Shown one piece after another: positions 8,738-18,180 of a stretch of DNA of 32,000 nucleotides; the first letter of the stretch is position 1; each line of letters starts with the position of its first letter. The stretch lies in assembly GCA_016840465.1 (NCBI GenBank), contig JAEOSH010000001.1, positions 32,179-64,178 of the forward strand. The letters are read 5' to 3'. Under the pieces are notes generated by a model that saw only the letters and a program-made list of their open reading frames with translations, was not told the origin of the DNA and did not search any database. The translations under genes and the position numbers were made by a program. This DNA comes from Candidatus Baldrarchaeum yapensis (lineage in GTDB: Archaea > Asgardarchaeota > Baldrarchaeia > Baldrarchaeales > Baldrarchaeaceae).

Positions 8738-9840
8738 ATTCTAGCACCACTTGTAAATTTGCTTCTTAAACTCTCTATTTCGTCGAAAAATATATGATCG
8801 AGAACTGTGCCCGCCGCTTCCTTAATTTTCATCACATCAACCAGCTTCTTGTAAATGCCCCCACTGAGACCATCAGCAATTATGGCTGCACCCTGCGCGG
8901 CCTCTTTAGCGACACGTGCAAACCCCTTAATTGTCCGTACGGGGGCTATCTTTACTAAGTATTCTCGTAATATTCCTAGAAAGGTGTTTATTCTTGCTAA
9001 CCTGCCGGACACCAGTATTTCGCGCGGATCTTGTAGTACCGCCAGTAATGAAAAAACGTCCTTTATTAGCCCTTCAGTTAATGCCTTTATTGCAATTCTG
9101 ACGCGTTCATCATACTCGGCAAGTTTAAATAATTCTTCCGGCGTTGCGTTTTCGCATCCTGCTATATACACTGCACCTCCCTTGTAGATTGTTGTTTTTA
9201 ACAAACTTCCCATGAGGTAAGCGAGTTCCGCGTCAAGCGCTCCACACGCCCTTAACCCTATATGTCCTTCTGCACCTCCGATGCCGTCTATTATTCTCCC
9301 ATCGTCTATTGCCAGCACTGCATTGAAGCCAGTGCCACTTTCAATAAGTATGAATCTCGTCTCCTCTATCGGTATTTGTAAGTTCTCCGATTGATCCACT
9401 ATCGCCAAAGCAGCCACGCAAACCTTATCAGCGGTGCCCATATCGATTTTATTCACTTTCCTATGGATAGGTACTGTAGGAAGATGTTTTACTCCCGGAA
9501 TCACGTAAGCGGGTATTTCCTCTTCTATAAGCAGTTTTATTACAGAAGTAAGCCCGACAATTTCCTCTTTGCCTTCTCTTTTCAATGTCATTAAGAATAT
9601 GTCAGCATCACTTATTTCAGACACTTTTTTAAGAGGGAGACCAAAGCCGCTGGGAGCAACTACCATATCAACTTCCTTAAGAGATTTCAGAATGTCGACT
9701 ATTATCCTAGGATTCTTCAGGACACGGCGTGTCGGAATAGACACATCTAATATCAAGGCACCATCTTCCAGCCCAACTAAATCCCAAGATCCCGTTCCAG
9801 GATCTATTCCCACAACTCTAGTCATTATTTCCACTTCCAA
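8734..9840 (-). CDS. DUF1464 family protein (ASKHA-fold, 'predicted butyrate kinase')
   Basis: TRVVGIDPGTGSWDLVGLEDG...FILIESGTGFNAVLAIDDGRIIDGIGG...ILVSGRLARI; probable start MTRVV at 9825. Confidence 0.8.
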   Translation of the reverse strand: MEVEIMTRVVGIDPGTGSWDLVGLEDGALILDVSIPTRRVLKNPRIIVDILKSLKEVDMVVAPSGFGLPLKKVSEISDADIFLMTLKREGKEEIVGLTSVIKLLIEEEIPAYVIPGVKHLPTVPIHRKVNKIDMGTADKVCVAALAIVDQSENLQIPIEETRFILIESGTGFNAVLAIDDGRIIDGIGGAEGHIGLRACGALDAELAYLMGSLLKTTIYKGGAVYIAGCENATPEELFKLAEYDERVRIAIKALTEGLIKDVFSLLAVLQDPREILVSGRLARINTFLGILREYLVKIAPVRTIKGFARVAKEAAQGAAIIADGLSGGIYKKLVDVMKIKEAAGTVLDHIFFDEIESLRSKFTSGARM

Positions 9841-9843
9841 GAA

Positions 9844-10821
9844 TTATAAGACTCGGATTTCCGCGCCGGTATTATTTGCTCTTGCAACAAAGACTTGGCC
9901 ACCGATCTTGCTTAAAAATTCCTTCGTCTTTCTCATAAGTTCTATTGCTTCGTCGTATCCTTCAATAACACCATAGACAGCAGGCCCGAACGAACTCATC
10001 CCGGCCCCGTAAGCTCCCTTCTTTCTCATGAAGTCCATGAGTTCCCTAATCAGTGGCGATTGCAGATTCACCTCTACCTTCTTGAAGCCCACGTTCTGTA
10101 TCATAGAGAGCCCTTCACCGAAAGAAGCTATGTCCTTTTCTACGATTGCTGGAAGAATTTTCATCAGTATTATATGAGATAAGATTCTAACTTCATCGAC
10201 AGATATCGGACAGTACTTTTGGAATATCTCTATCTCCCTCACCCCATGGGCTCCCCTCTCCACATTCGGAATTGCAACGACGAACATCCAATCCGCAGGA
10301 AGTGCATAACGAACCAGAAGGGGTGCAGGTGGCGCTCTTGACGCGGAAGATGGAAGATATGTCTCTTTTTGTTTACCTTTACCAAATGTGTGGCCCCCAT
10401 CGAGTATGAAGCCACCGCCCTCAAATGCAGCAACACCTATCCCTGAAGTGCCGCCTCGCCCAGCTATTCTTGCCAGTTCTCTGACAGAAGCTTCGATACC
10501 GAATAATGTTGTTATACCTTTTGCCACTGCGAGCAACAACTGGGTCGTAGAACCTAATCCAACATGCTTGGGTATTTGACTTTTTATTTCGATATGCACA
10601 CCGGATTCTATTTTGTAACGTTGAAGTATCTTTTCGGCAATGGAAATCACTCGGTCGTCCTTAACGTTGACAGTTATGCCCTCATCCCGCTCACTTACCT
10701 CTAGTATAACATTCGGATACTCCAGTGCTACTCCTATTCCTCCATCGATCCTGCCAAGTGCGCCATTTAAATCTATGAGTGTAAAATGGAGACGACAGGG
10801 GGTTTTAACGTATACCTTCAT
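9844..10821 (-). CDS. mptG: Beta-ribofuranosylaminobenzene 5'-phosphate synthase (GHMP fold)
   Basis: MKVYVKTPCRLHFTLIDLNGALGRIDGGIGVALEYP...PKHVGLGSTTQLLLAVAKGI...RGGTSGIGVAAFEGGGFILDGGH...GAYGAGMSSFGPAVYG. Confidence 0.93.
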   Translation of the reverse strand: MKVYVKTPCRLHFTLIDLNGALGRIDGGIGVALEYPNVILEVSERDEGITVNVKDDRVISIAEKILQRYKIESGVHIEIKSQIPKHVGLGSTTQLLLAVAKGITTLFGIEASVRELARIAGRGGTSGIGVAAFEGGGFILDGGHTFGKGKQKETYLPSSASRAPPAPLLVRYALPADWMFVVAIPNVERGAHGVREIEIFQKYCPISVDEVRILSHIILMKILPAIVEKDIASFGEGLSMIQNVGFKKVEVNLQSPLIRELMDFMRKKGAYGAGMSSFGPAVYGVIEGYDEAIELMRKTKEFLSKIGGQVFVARANNTGAEIRVL

Positions 10822-10881
10822 ATTGACCCAGCACGTCTCCGTTCCTTATTGTTTTTTAGACTAAATGATCACTCCTAAAAC

Positions 10882-11550
10882 CTAAATTGCCCTTTTAAAC
10901 CTCTCGTGAATATCCTCAATCAGAGATCTCGTTAGACGTAGGTACTCGGAATCCGGAGCAGTCCTCTTTATGATATCGTAGCATATATGTAACATCTGCA
11001 AAAGTAGCAGAGAGTCTCGGAGTCTTTTTTCTTCGATCGCTGCCAAAAGCCTACTAGCGGCGACTAGCGCTTCTACGAAGCACCCTTCAGCGCGGCAGTA
11101 AGGCCTTATAATCGCACCTTCCCTTGATACCCCCTCTATGTGCACAACTTCGCATATTATTGTCGCTCTGCCACCTGAAATTCCACACATGTTGCACATT
11201 CTGACCTCTATCCAAAACTTACTATCTTTTAATACTGGCGCATTGACAACTTTAGCATGTTTGAAACAGTTTGGTGGTAGTTCGGGTTCTGAGGGTCCTT
11301 TTCCCCAGCCCTTGAAAACTGCATTGTAGAGGATGTTTGGCTCGTATATGAACTCGATGACAGCACAACGGTGATGAAGAATGTTTTTATAGGTATCTGA
11401 TGTTACATACGGGCGTATCACGATGTGTTCCATATCTGGGGTGCTTATTCCCATCATTGCGATGTTTGGCGTCGTGCCATCGATGTGATAGGTCGCTACT
11501 AAAGCTTCGTAGATCCAATTTTTTCTTAACCCTATGGCTGTAAGTTTCAT
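10882..11550 (-). CDS. DUF447 family protein
   Basis: LRKNWIYEALVATYHIDGTTPNIAMMGI...VIRPYVTSDTYKNILHHRCAVIEFIYEPNIL; C-terminal region with R..NC-like residues and EA.V.ASRL. Confidence 0.8.
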   Translation of the reverse strand: MKLTAIGLRKNWIYEALVATYHIDGTTPNIAMMGISTPDMEHIVIRPYVTSDTYKNILHHRCAVIEFIYEPNILYNAVFKGWGKGPSEPELPPNCFKHAKVVNAPVLKDSKFWIEVRMCNMCGISGGRATIICEVVHIEGVSREGAIIRPYCRAEGCFVEALVAASRLLAAIEEKRLRDSLLLLQMLHICYDIIKRTAPDSEYLRLTRSLIEDIHERFKRAI

Positions 11551-11643
11551 ATTGACACCACAAGTCTGAGTTTCCCGCCAGCATTACTTATATTTCCAAG
11601 CGCCGAATGAAGCTTGTGCTAAATATTAAAATGGTGTCTGCTG

Positions 11644-13005
11644 ATGGCGGATCTTGAGGGAATTTGCAGAAAGATGATCTCCGAGGATAGACGCATTGAA
11701 GAGATCTTACAAAAGCTTGTCGATGAAATACTCTTTTACAAGAAGATCGACAGAGACCTCGCTGAGCGGCTAGCGGCCGCCGTAGTAAAAGAAGTCAAGA
11801 TGAGTCTTAAAATACCAGATGACGATAAAATCAGGAGAATAATTTATTATCCAGTTGCGGGAGTAACCGCCGGGCAACAGGGACTCGGGAGTAGAGGAGA
11901 GGGAGATTTCTTTGCTCATAGGAAAATCGCGGAGATAATCTCTTCAAGTGGGTTGCGTGCATTTCTTGATGTAAGAGCACACGACGATGCCGGTGCCGTT
12001 AATGTTGATGGTGCTGGACTTATAGTTGCATCAGTTGATGGAATACATTCCAGATTATCAGAGTATCCCTTCTTGGCTGGCTTTCACGCAACGAGAGCCG
12101 CACTTAGGGATGTATATGTGAAGGGGGCGCGCCCTGTCGGCATATTGATAGATATACACTTAGCGGATGATGCCGATATCGGGAAACTTTTCGACTTTAT
12201 TGCCGGTTGTACAACTGTTTCTAAGCTTGCAGGTATCCCGATAATCGGCGGAAGTACACTAAGAATAGGAGGAGATATGGTAATAGGTACTAGAATTTCG
12301 GGATGTGTTGTAGCCATAGGGGTTTCCGTGGTTCCAGGCTACCTCTTAAAACGCCAGAACATCAGGCCCGGGGATTTGATTATTTGCACAGAGGGTAGTG
12401 GTGGGGGTACCATAACAACAACGGCCATATTTTCTGGGAACTTTGATGTAATTTTAGAAACCTTGAACCTGCAGTTTATAAAGGCATGTGAGGCGATTTT
12501 CCGACCAAACATTATTACAAAAATACACGCTGCGAGTGACTGGACAAATGGTGGGCTCAGAGGCGATCTAAACGAAATTTGTAAAACAGTCGGCGTTGGA
12601 GTAGTTGTTGAGGAGGAAAAAGTCAGAAAACTAATGAACCCGAAGGTTCTGGAGATGCTTGACTCTTTAAATATCGACTATTTAGGCGTGAGCATGGATG
12701 CCCTTCTCCTTTTTGCACCACCCGAGAATGTGGACGAAATTATAAACGTTATTAGAAGCACAGGCGTTAAGGTGGATGTAATAGGCGAAGTTACCGAAAA
12801 TGCTGGGGAAAGTATATTGATAAAGAATGGGAAGAAGATTCCGTTAATGCCAAAATATAGAGAGTCTGCTTATACCGAAATAAAGAAAGTGGTTGGAGAA
12901 CTTGCACCACCAAATAAGGAAGAGATCTTCAAAAGAGCTGCAAGGGCCGCACAAGAGGCAATAGAAAAGGTAAAATTTGTAGAAAAACTGATAATGGAAA
13001 GATAA
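11644..13005 (+). CDS. AIR synthase-related (PurM/HypE/SelD-superfamily) protein
   Basis: RAHDDAGAVNVDG...VASVDGIHSRLSEYPFLAGFHATRAALRDVYVKGARPVGILIDIHLADD...GCTTVSKLAGIPIIGGSTLRIGG...PGDLIICTEGSGGG. Confidence 0.75.
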   Translation: MADLEGICRKMISEDRRIEEILQKLVDEILFYKKIDRDLAERLAAAVVKEVKMSLKIPDDDKIRRIIYYPVAGVTAGQQGLGSRGEGDFFAHRKIAEIISSSGLRAFLDVRAHDDAGAVNVDGAGLIVASVDGIHSRLSEYPFLAGFHATRAALRDVYVKGARPVGILIDIHLADDADIGKLFDFIAGCTTVSKLAGIPIIGGSTLRIGGDMVIGTRISGCVVAIGVSVVPGYLLKRQNIRPGDLIICTEGSGGGTITTTAIFSGNFDVILETLNLQFIKACEAIFRPNIITKIHAASDWTNGGLRGDLNEICKTVGVGVVVEEEKVRKLMNPKVLEMLDSLNIDYLGVSMDALLLFAPPENVDEIINVIRSTGVKVDVIGEVTENAGESILIKNGKKIPLMPKYRESAYTEIKKVVGELAPPNKEEIFKRAARAAQEAIEKVKFVEKLIMER

Positions 13006-13008
13006 CCG

Positions 13009-13698
13009 TCAGCCGCGCTTTAAGGCTCTCATTACGGCGTTCATGTGAACCTCGCCTGCCAGATAAATGCCTCCACTCCCCTCAAATATATCCCAGCCCC
13101 TTGATGCCCTACATCTGAACTGTGCAAGTAAGCCAGCCCTCTGTGCCGCTTGTTCGACAGGTAGTCCGATAAGCCTTTGTGCTACGAACCATGTTGTTCC
13201 ACAGGGAGATCCTCTTAAGACCTCCACCTTAACTATTATTCCGTTTCTTTCCTCCAGAACAAATTTTGGTGCACCAAATTCTTCGGCAAATCTATCAACT
13301 ACCTCGCTTCCGGTCGGAGGTTCAAGAGAACACATTACCCGCGGGGCGATTACCTTTAAAGACGTACCTGCTAAATTTAGGAGTTGCCTTCTTGATCCTA
13401 ACTTCTTCCACGTGAGATCTTCGCCCGGTATTAGCATAGCTTTTATACCCATATCCACCGCAAGCCTTGCAAGATGAAGCGTCAGGTCAGGATGAAGAGT
13501 GTAAGCGATCAGGATATCCGCCGGTTGTAAATCGTTAGAATTTATGTACTTCTCTGGTGAGTCTATAAATGGAGGGAGATCCTTCGGTATTGTCATCACT
13601 CCAACTATTTTGACGTTTTTTCCTCTCCCCTTTATTGTTGCCTCAACCCTTTCTCCTATTTCGCCGCGTTTTATTAAAAACACCCGCACAGAACGCAT
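13009..13698 (-). CDS. DUF166 family protein
   Basis: PADILIAYTLHPDLTLHLARLA...KVIAPRVMCSLEPP...VEVLRGSPCGTTWFVAQRLIGLPVEQAAQRAGLLAQFRCRAS; conserved cysteines of the archaeal DUF166 family. Confidence 0.8.
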   Translation of the reverse strand: MRSVRVFLIKRGEIGERVEATIKGRGKNVKIVGVMTIPKDLPPFIDSPEKYINSNDLQPADILIAYTLHPDLTLHLARLAVDMGIKAMLIPGEDLTWKKLGSRRQLLNLAGTSLKVIAPRVMCSLEPPTGSEVVDRFAEEFGAPKFVLEERNGIIVKVEVLRGSPCGTTWFVAQRLIGLPVEQAAQRAGLLAQFRCRASRGWDIFEGSGGIYLAGEVHMNAVMRALKRG

Positions 13699-13772
13699 GT
13701 TTATTCATCCATCAGAAATCAAAAATAGAAGTTCAGATGTCAGAATTGTCAAAAATACTATGTAAGAAAAAA

Positions 13773-15566
13773 TTAGATCTTGAAGTTTTTTACGAAATCT
13801 ACCATTTTTTCCGGCTCTTTTGGTCCTACTGCGACTTCCCATCCAGTTTTTGACGCTATATCACTGGCTAGATCTTTTAAGTCCTCCGAAACGATGAGTT
13901 TTCTATGCTTAACCAAATTTGCAATACCCGTGCGGTCTAAACACTGCGCTACTGCGTCTCCGCTGACCTCTCCGTCTTTAATTGCTTCTTCCAGCGTTTT
14001 ACCCTTAGTACCAAGGACCACAATCCATGCAGAGACATTTGCTTCGGCAAGCGGCACACGTAATGAATAATGCTCTTTGATATTGCTACTAGTTAGCACA
14101 ACGGGGGCATTCTCGCTCGGTGATTTGACCCCATATACTCCTTCTCTCACCCAGTATGACTTTCTAAGGAACTCAGGTATTCCAGCTGAGTCTCTTGGCC
14201 CTACGTGAACGTCCCATCCGGTTGCATCCTCTAATTCTCCCTTCAATCTTGCCGCAAGACCCGGTATTATTATTGCCCTATGCTTAACCACCTTTTCTAA
14301 ACCTGCCTCCTTCATTGCCTCCGCTATTGAGTCCGCAGTCATGGTTCCGCCTGCCACCGCAGACTCAACATTGATGCCTCCTGTGTCTACCACTAGTAAC
14401 CACGCATCGGCCTTTCCTTCCACGTCGTTTCTTACAAGGTGATACGTTATTGCGAAGTTGCAAGTCACAAGGACTGGTGACCATTCATTTGGATTTCCTA
14501 ACTTCTTAAGTCCTGGCTCAACCGCAGGGTGTATCCGTGGGTCGGTGTAAATGTCCTGCCTGAGGGTTAAAGGTGCAAGAAGGGACCATGTATCAAGCGT
14601 GTGTATAATTAAGATGTCAGCAAACCTCTCAATAAGCATTGAGCAGAGAATAGATTCCATGAAAGCAAGTTCGATTTTTTCCGCTTCAGATAATGACGCA
14701 CCATCTTTTCCTGCCCATACGACAGCTGGTATTCCTAGAAGTGGCCATCCGAGTTCTTTGTCGCCCTTCTCTATCGCCGCCCTTCTTATCATAGTGAATA
14801 TGTCAAGAGTGTCTGCTAATTGTCCTTCCCCAAAGAATGTTCCGGGATCAAGAACTATTTCCTTAATTCCAGCTTTCATGAACGCTCTTACAATGGATTT
14901 CAGCGTCGAAATGTCACCAGGGGCAGAAACCACGACGGGAACATTGTATTTCTGTGCTAGTTTACCGACTTCCTTCCAGTTATCTTTTGTTGCGGCATAA
15001 ATCAATGGTTTTCTCTCTTTAGCCACTTCAAGCCCTGCTTCTAGAACTTTTGGATCGAGACTGCAAAGTATTAATGGTAGTTGACTATTCTCTACAACTT
15101 TCCTTACGCATTCCGCAAATTTTGCAGGATTCCCACTTGTACAGCGTACTGCAATTGCATCGAGCCTGTAGACTTGTCCTACCCTTTCAATCTTGAACTC
15201 GCTAATTCTCTTCACTCTAGCTATGAGTTCATCCTCGGGCATTTCGTCATGAACGTCAATCGCAAAGACTGTAGGATTATAAAATGTTAATTCATGTCTG
15301 TACATCACTTCTTCTCCGCCAATTGTTACTGCATTATCCCCAACGCCTATTACCACTGGCCTCACTGGTGGTGTTAGAAGTTCTTCTAACTTCTTTCGCG
15401 CACTCTCATATTTAGGATCCGTAAATAATGGCTTGCATTGTTCAAGTTTGGCTTCTCTTTGTATTAATTTGTAAGCAAACGCCATACAACTATCATATCC
15501 ACATTCCTTACAATTAGTCCCTGGAAGCAATCTATAAACATCAAGCGGTTTCACCCTCTCGGACAT
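13773..15566 (-). CDS. cdhE: Acetyl-CoA decarbonylase/synthase complex subunit gamma (corrinoid Fe-S protein large subunit)
   Basis: VYRLLPGTNCKECGYDSCMAFAYKLIQREAKLEQC...VDTGGINVESAVAGGTMTADSIAEAMKEAGLEKVVKHRAIIIPGLAARLKGELEDATGWDVHVGPRDSAGIPEFL. Track start 15575; MSERV start at 15566 likely. Confidence 0.97.
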   Translation of the reverse strand: MSERVKPLDVYRLLPGTNCKECGYDSCMAFAYKLIQREAKLEQCKPLFTDPKYESARKKLEELLTPPVRPVVIGVGDNAVTIGGEEVMYRHELTFYNPTVFAIDVHDEMPEDELIARVKRISEFKIERVGQVYRLDAIAVRCTSGNPAKFAECVRKVVENSQLPLILCSLDPKVLEAGLEVAKERKPLIYAATKDNWKEVGKLAQKYNVPVVVSAPGDISTLKSIVRAFMKAGIKEIVLDPGTFFGEGQLADTLDIFTMIRRAAIEKGDKELGWPLLGIPAVVWAGKDGASLSEAEKIELAFMESILCSMLIERFADILIIHTLDTWSLLAPLTLRQDIYTDPRIHPAVEPGLKKLGNPNEWSPVLVTCNFAITYHLVRNDVEGKADAWLLVVDTGGINVESAVAGGTMTADSIAEAMKEAGLEKVVKHRAIIIPGLAARLKGELEDATGWDVHVGPRDSAGIPEFLRKSYWVREGVYGVKSPSENAPVVLTSSNIKEHYSLRVPLAEANVSAWIVVLGTKGKTLEEAIKDGEVSGDAVAQCLDRTGIANLVKHRKLIVSEDLKDLASDIASKTGWEVAVGPKEPEKMVDFVKNFKI

Positions 15567-15576
15567 ATTGTACACC

Positions 15577-16773
15577 TCATACTTTCATTGATACCCAATT
15601 GTAGAACATGGACACTTCCGCTTTTTTGTCAGAGATGAGAAAGTCTCTTATAGTTTTCACTATTTTTACCGCTGCTGGGTGTAACATCATTAGGAGATCA
15701 CATCCTGCAAGCATAAGTCCTATCCCTGTCGTTGCTTCCCAGAGTGGACCACGATATTCTGGCGGGCCCCATTCAGGTGCTTTTTTCTGTGATAACCATG
15801 CTTCTCTTGCCGCCCATGCATTCGTTATACCACCACTTATAGGCATCTGTAGAAGTTCCTCGCCTTTAAGCGCTGCTAGGCGTATTCTCTCGAAAACGCT
15901 GAATGCATACTGATAACCATATCCGACTGCTGCTGATGTTGGATCCATGATTATTCGATCCTTCGGAAGACCTTCGCCCATCAGTCTGTTATTAAGTTCC
16001 TTGGCACCTGGGAAGTCTATGAAGCTAAGAGCTATCACATTATGTCCATATTCAACAGCCGCTCTTGCAATTCTAGCGTAATCATTTGCAAGCGATGCTG
16101 TGCTCAATGCGGTTCGTTCTCCTTCAATAACTTCCGCTGCTGCCTCTAGCACTAAAGGATCTTTCTTATTATCACCCGATCCACCTATTATTATTGGTAC
16201 ATCCTTAATTTGCTGGTATATCTCTTCAACAAGCTTAGCTGCTTCCTTTGGAGATTTATCTCCATATTCTGGGCTTGTGCTAATAAGATGAAGGGTTATA
16301 AGGTCCGGTTCGAACTCAAGTGCCTTCTTTGCCCAAGCTATTGGATCCTCCAGCACATCTTCGAAGTGTTGTCTAATCGGCTTTGGCAATCTAATCGGGT
16401 AATCAAATACATCCATCGATACTACTGGTTTGTTCTTCATGGGATAATCGAATCTATAGAATGGAGGAGCCTTTTCCCCGCCTATCTTAATGACCTTCTT
16501 GCGACTGCCTCCCTCGGATTTTGTGGCTCCTATCTGCACTTCAACTATTTCTCCGGGGAATTCTTCACGTGGAATTTCGAAAGGTACGGTTTCCAGCGTT
16601 AGTTCTTCTAAGCTAACGCCTGGTGCTGCGGGTGGTCTTGCTAATGTTGGTAATATATTTAAGACCAATTCTTCAGCCTCTATTTCGACATTTTCCAGCT
16701 CTAACTCTCCAAATTTCTCGAGTATTTCAAGTATCGTTTTGCCAAGTCTTCTAATTTCTTCCTCCCCGCTCAT
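15577..16773 (-). CDS. cdhD: Acetyl-CoA decarbonylase/synthase complex subunit delta (corrinoid Fe-S protein small subunit)
   Basis: PIRLPKPIRQHFEDVLEDPIAWAKKALEF...PIIIGGSGDNKKDPLVLEAAAEVIEGERTALSTASL...MDPTSAAVGYGYQYAFSVFERIRLAAL. Confidence 0.97.
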   Translation of the reverse strand: MSGEEEIRRLGKTILEILEKFGELELENVEIEAEELVLNILPTLARPPAAPGVSLEELTLETVPFEIPREEFPGEIVEVQIGATKSEGGSRKKVIKIGGEKAPPFYRFDYPMKNKPVVSMDVFDYPIRLPKPIRQHFEDVLEDPIAWAKKALEFEPDLITLHLISTSPEYGDKSPKEAAKLVEEIYQQIKDVPIIIGGSGDNKKDPLVLEAAAEVIEGERTALSTASLANDYARIARAAVEYGHNVIALSFIDFPGAKELNNRLMGEGLPKDRIIMDPTSAAVGYGYQYAFSVFERIRLAALKGEELLQMPISGGITNAWAAREAWLSQKKAPEWGPPEYRGPLWEATTGIGLMLAGCDLLMMLHPAAVKIVKTIRDFLISDKKAEVSMFYNWVSMKV

Positions 16774-16779
16774 AACGAA

Positions 16780-18177
16780 TCACTCTTTCTTCTTCTTCTT
16801 TGGAGGAAGTTCTCTCCTGATGATCATCTTCTCAGCCGTTATCTTCACATTCTTAAATATTATTCTGAATCCGCCAGCAACCGGCACTCCTTCAACTGGA
16901 ACCATCGCTGGAACCATTTCTACTTCTTCTGGTACTTCTTCGGCTTTTTCTTCCATCTTTGCCCATCTTTCGACAACAGGGTGACCCTTCTGCTTCAGGA
17001 ACTCTCTCAATTCTTCAATGGTCATAGCATCCTTCTCGGTTGCTATCTTATCATAAAGTTCTGGCGGAATAGCGTCCTTTACACGTTCCTTTATGTGACT
17101 TGGCATCCACACGACCCTAGACCAGCCACCGTCAGCTTGGAAGAACTTTGGAGATCTCATGTAACCTATCGAAATACCAACGAAACCTTCTACCTGACGC
17201 CCTCCGCCAACTTCATTTGCTAACGCTGAGAACGTTAGTCCTATTACTGTTGGCCCTTTGAAGTTTCTGTCAACAATTCCTATTCCATCAACTTCGGGTA
17301 TGTAGAACGCTATTGCTTCGCAACAACCACATGTTGTGTGCGGATAACCGAACATACTATAAAGGTAAACCCGTTCGACTTCGCCAAGAGATTTTTCCCT
17401 GACCGCCTCGTTTGCTCCTGAATATTCTCCCCTTATAGGATCTAAACATTCTCCCTTCTCAACCCTGAAGTTCGGACCCTTCGGATCAATGCGTGCTGCC
17501 GCCCTTGCGTCAAGCCACGATATTGAGCCGCAAAGCGATAGTCTATCCGGTGTAATTATACAGACGTGCGAAGGAGCAAAAGACTGGCATAGAGTACAAC
17601 CGTAAAATTCCTCCACATCCTCATCGTGAAGGGCTAATGCTCTTGCATCTCTTTCCTCATAAATCTTTAATGCCTTATCAAACCATTCCTTGACCTTTTC
17701 CGGATCCGTTATGAAGGTTACCTGTATCTTTTCAATTATTGGAAACTCCGATTTAAAGAGTCGTATGAGCACCTTTCCAATGTAGTTAAAGGAGTTCAAT
17801 CCCTTCTTAAATGATGATCTGCTTAGCCTTAGCCAAATGTCGTAACGTTGGTTTAGATGCATGAATCCCTCAATGTAGTTGCAGAAGTAGTGAATTCTAC
17901 GCTCAAATACACCTTCGAGATCCTTTTCTAACTCTTTGCCTGCGACCTCGACAATAATTCCAAAGGGATATGATTTCCCTTCCTCGAGGTCCTTGATGTC
18001 GGGGCCAACTATTATTACTTTTCCGTCCTCTACTTCCTCAGGTGGCTTGACCAAGCAAAGTTCGAACTTTTCCTTTACATTAGGACCTCCAAACTCGACA
18101 TACATCTGTTCCTTTCTGATACGCTCACCTTCATATATTGGACCGACATCTACCGGGATGTCTTCAAACATTCCCAT
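16780..18177 (-). CDS. cdhC: Acetyl-CoA decarbonylase/synthase complex subunit beta (acetyl-CoA synthase)
   Basis: FYGCTLCQSFAPSHVCIITPDRLSLCGSISWLDARAAARIDP...HTTCGCCEAIAFYIPEVDGIGIVDRNFKG; A-cluster cysteines present. Confidence 0.97.
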   Translation of the reverse strand: MGMFEDIPVDVGPIYEGERIRKEQMYVEFGGPNVKEKFELCLVKPPEEVEDGKVIIVGPDIKDLEEGKSYPFGIIVEVAGKELEKDLEGVFERRIHYFCNYIEGFMHLNQRYDIWLRLSRSSFKKGLNSFNYIGKVLIRLFKSEFPIIEKIQVTFITDPEKVKEWFDKALKIYEERDARALALHDEDVEEFYGCTLCQSFAPSHVCIITPDRLSLCGSISWLDARAAARIDPKGPNFRVEKGECLDPIRGEYSGANEAVREKSLGEVERVYLYSMFGYPHTTCGCCEAIAFYIPEVDGIGIVDRNFKGPTVIGLTFSALANEVGGGRQVEGFVGISIGYMRSPKFFQADGGWSRVVWMPSHIKERVKDAIPPELYDKIATEKDAMTIEELREFLKQKGHPVVERWAKMEEKAEEVPEEVEMVPAMVPVEGVPVAGGFRIIFKNVKITAEKMIIRRELPPKKKKKE

Positions 18178-18180
18178 ACC

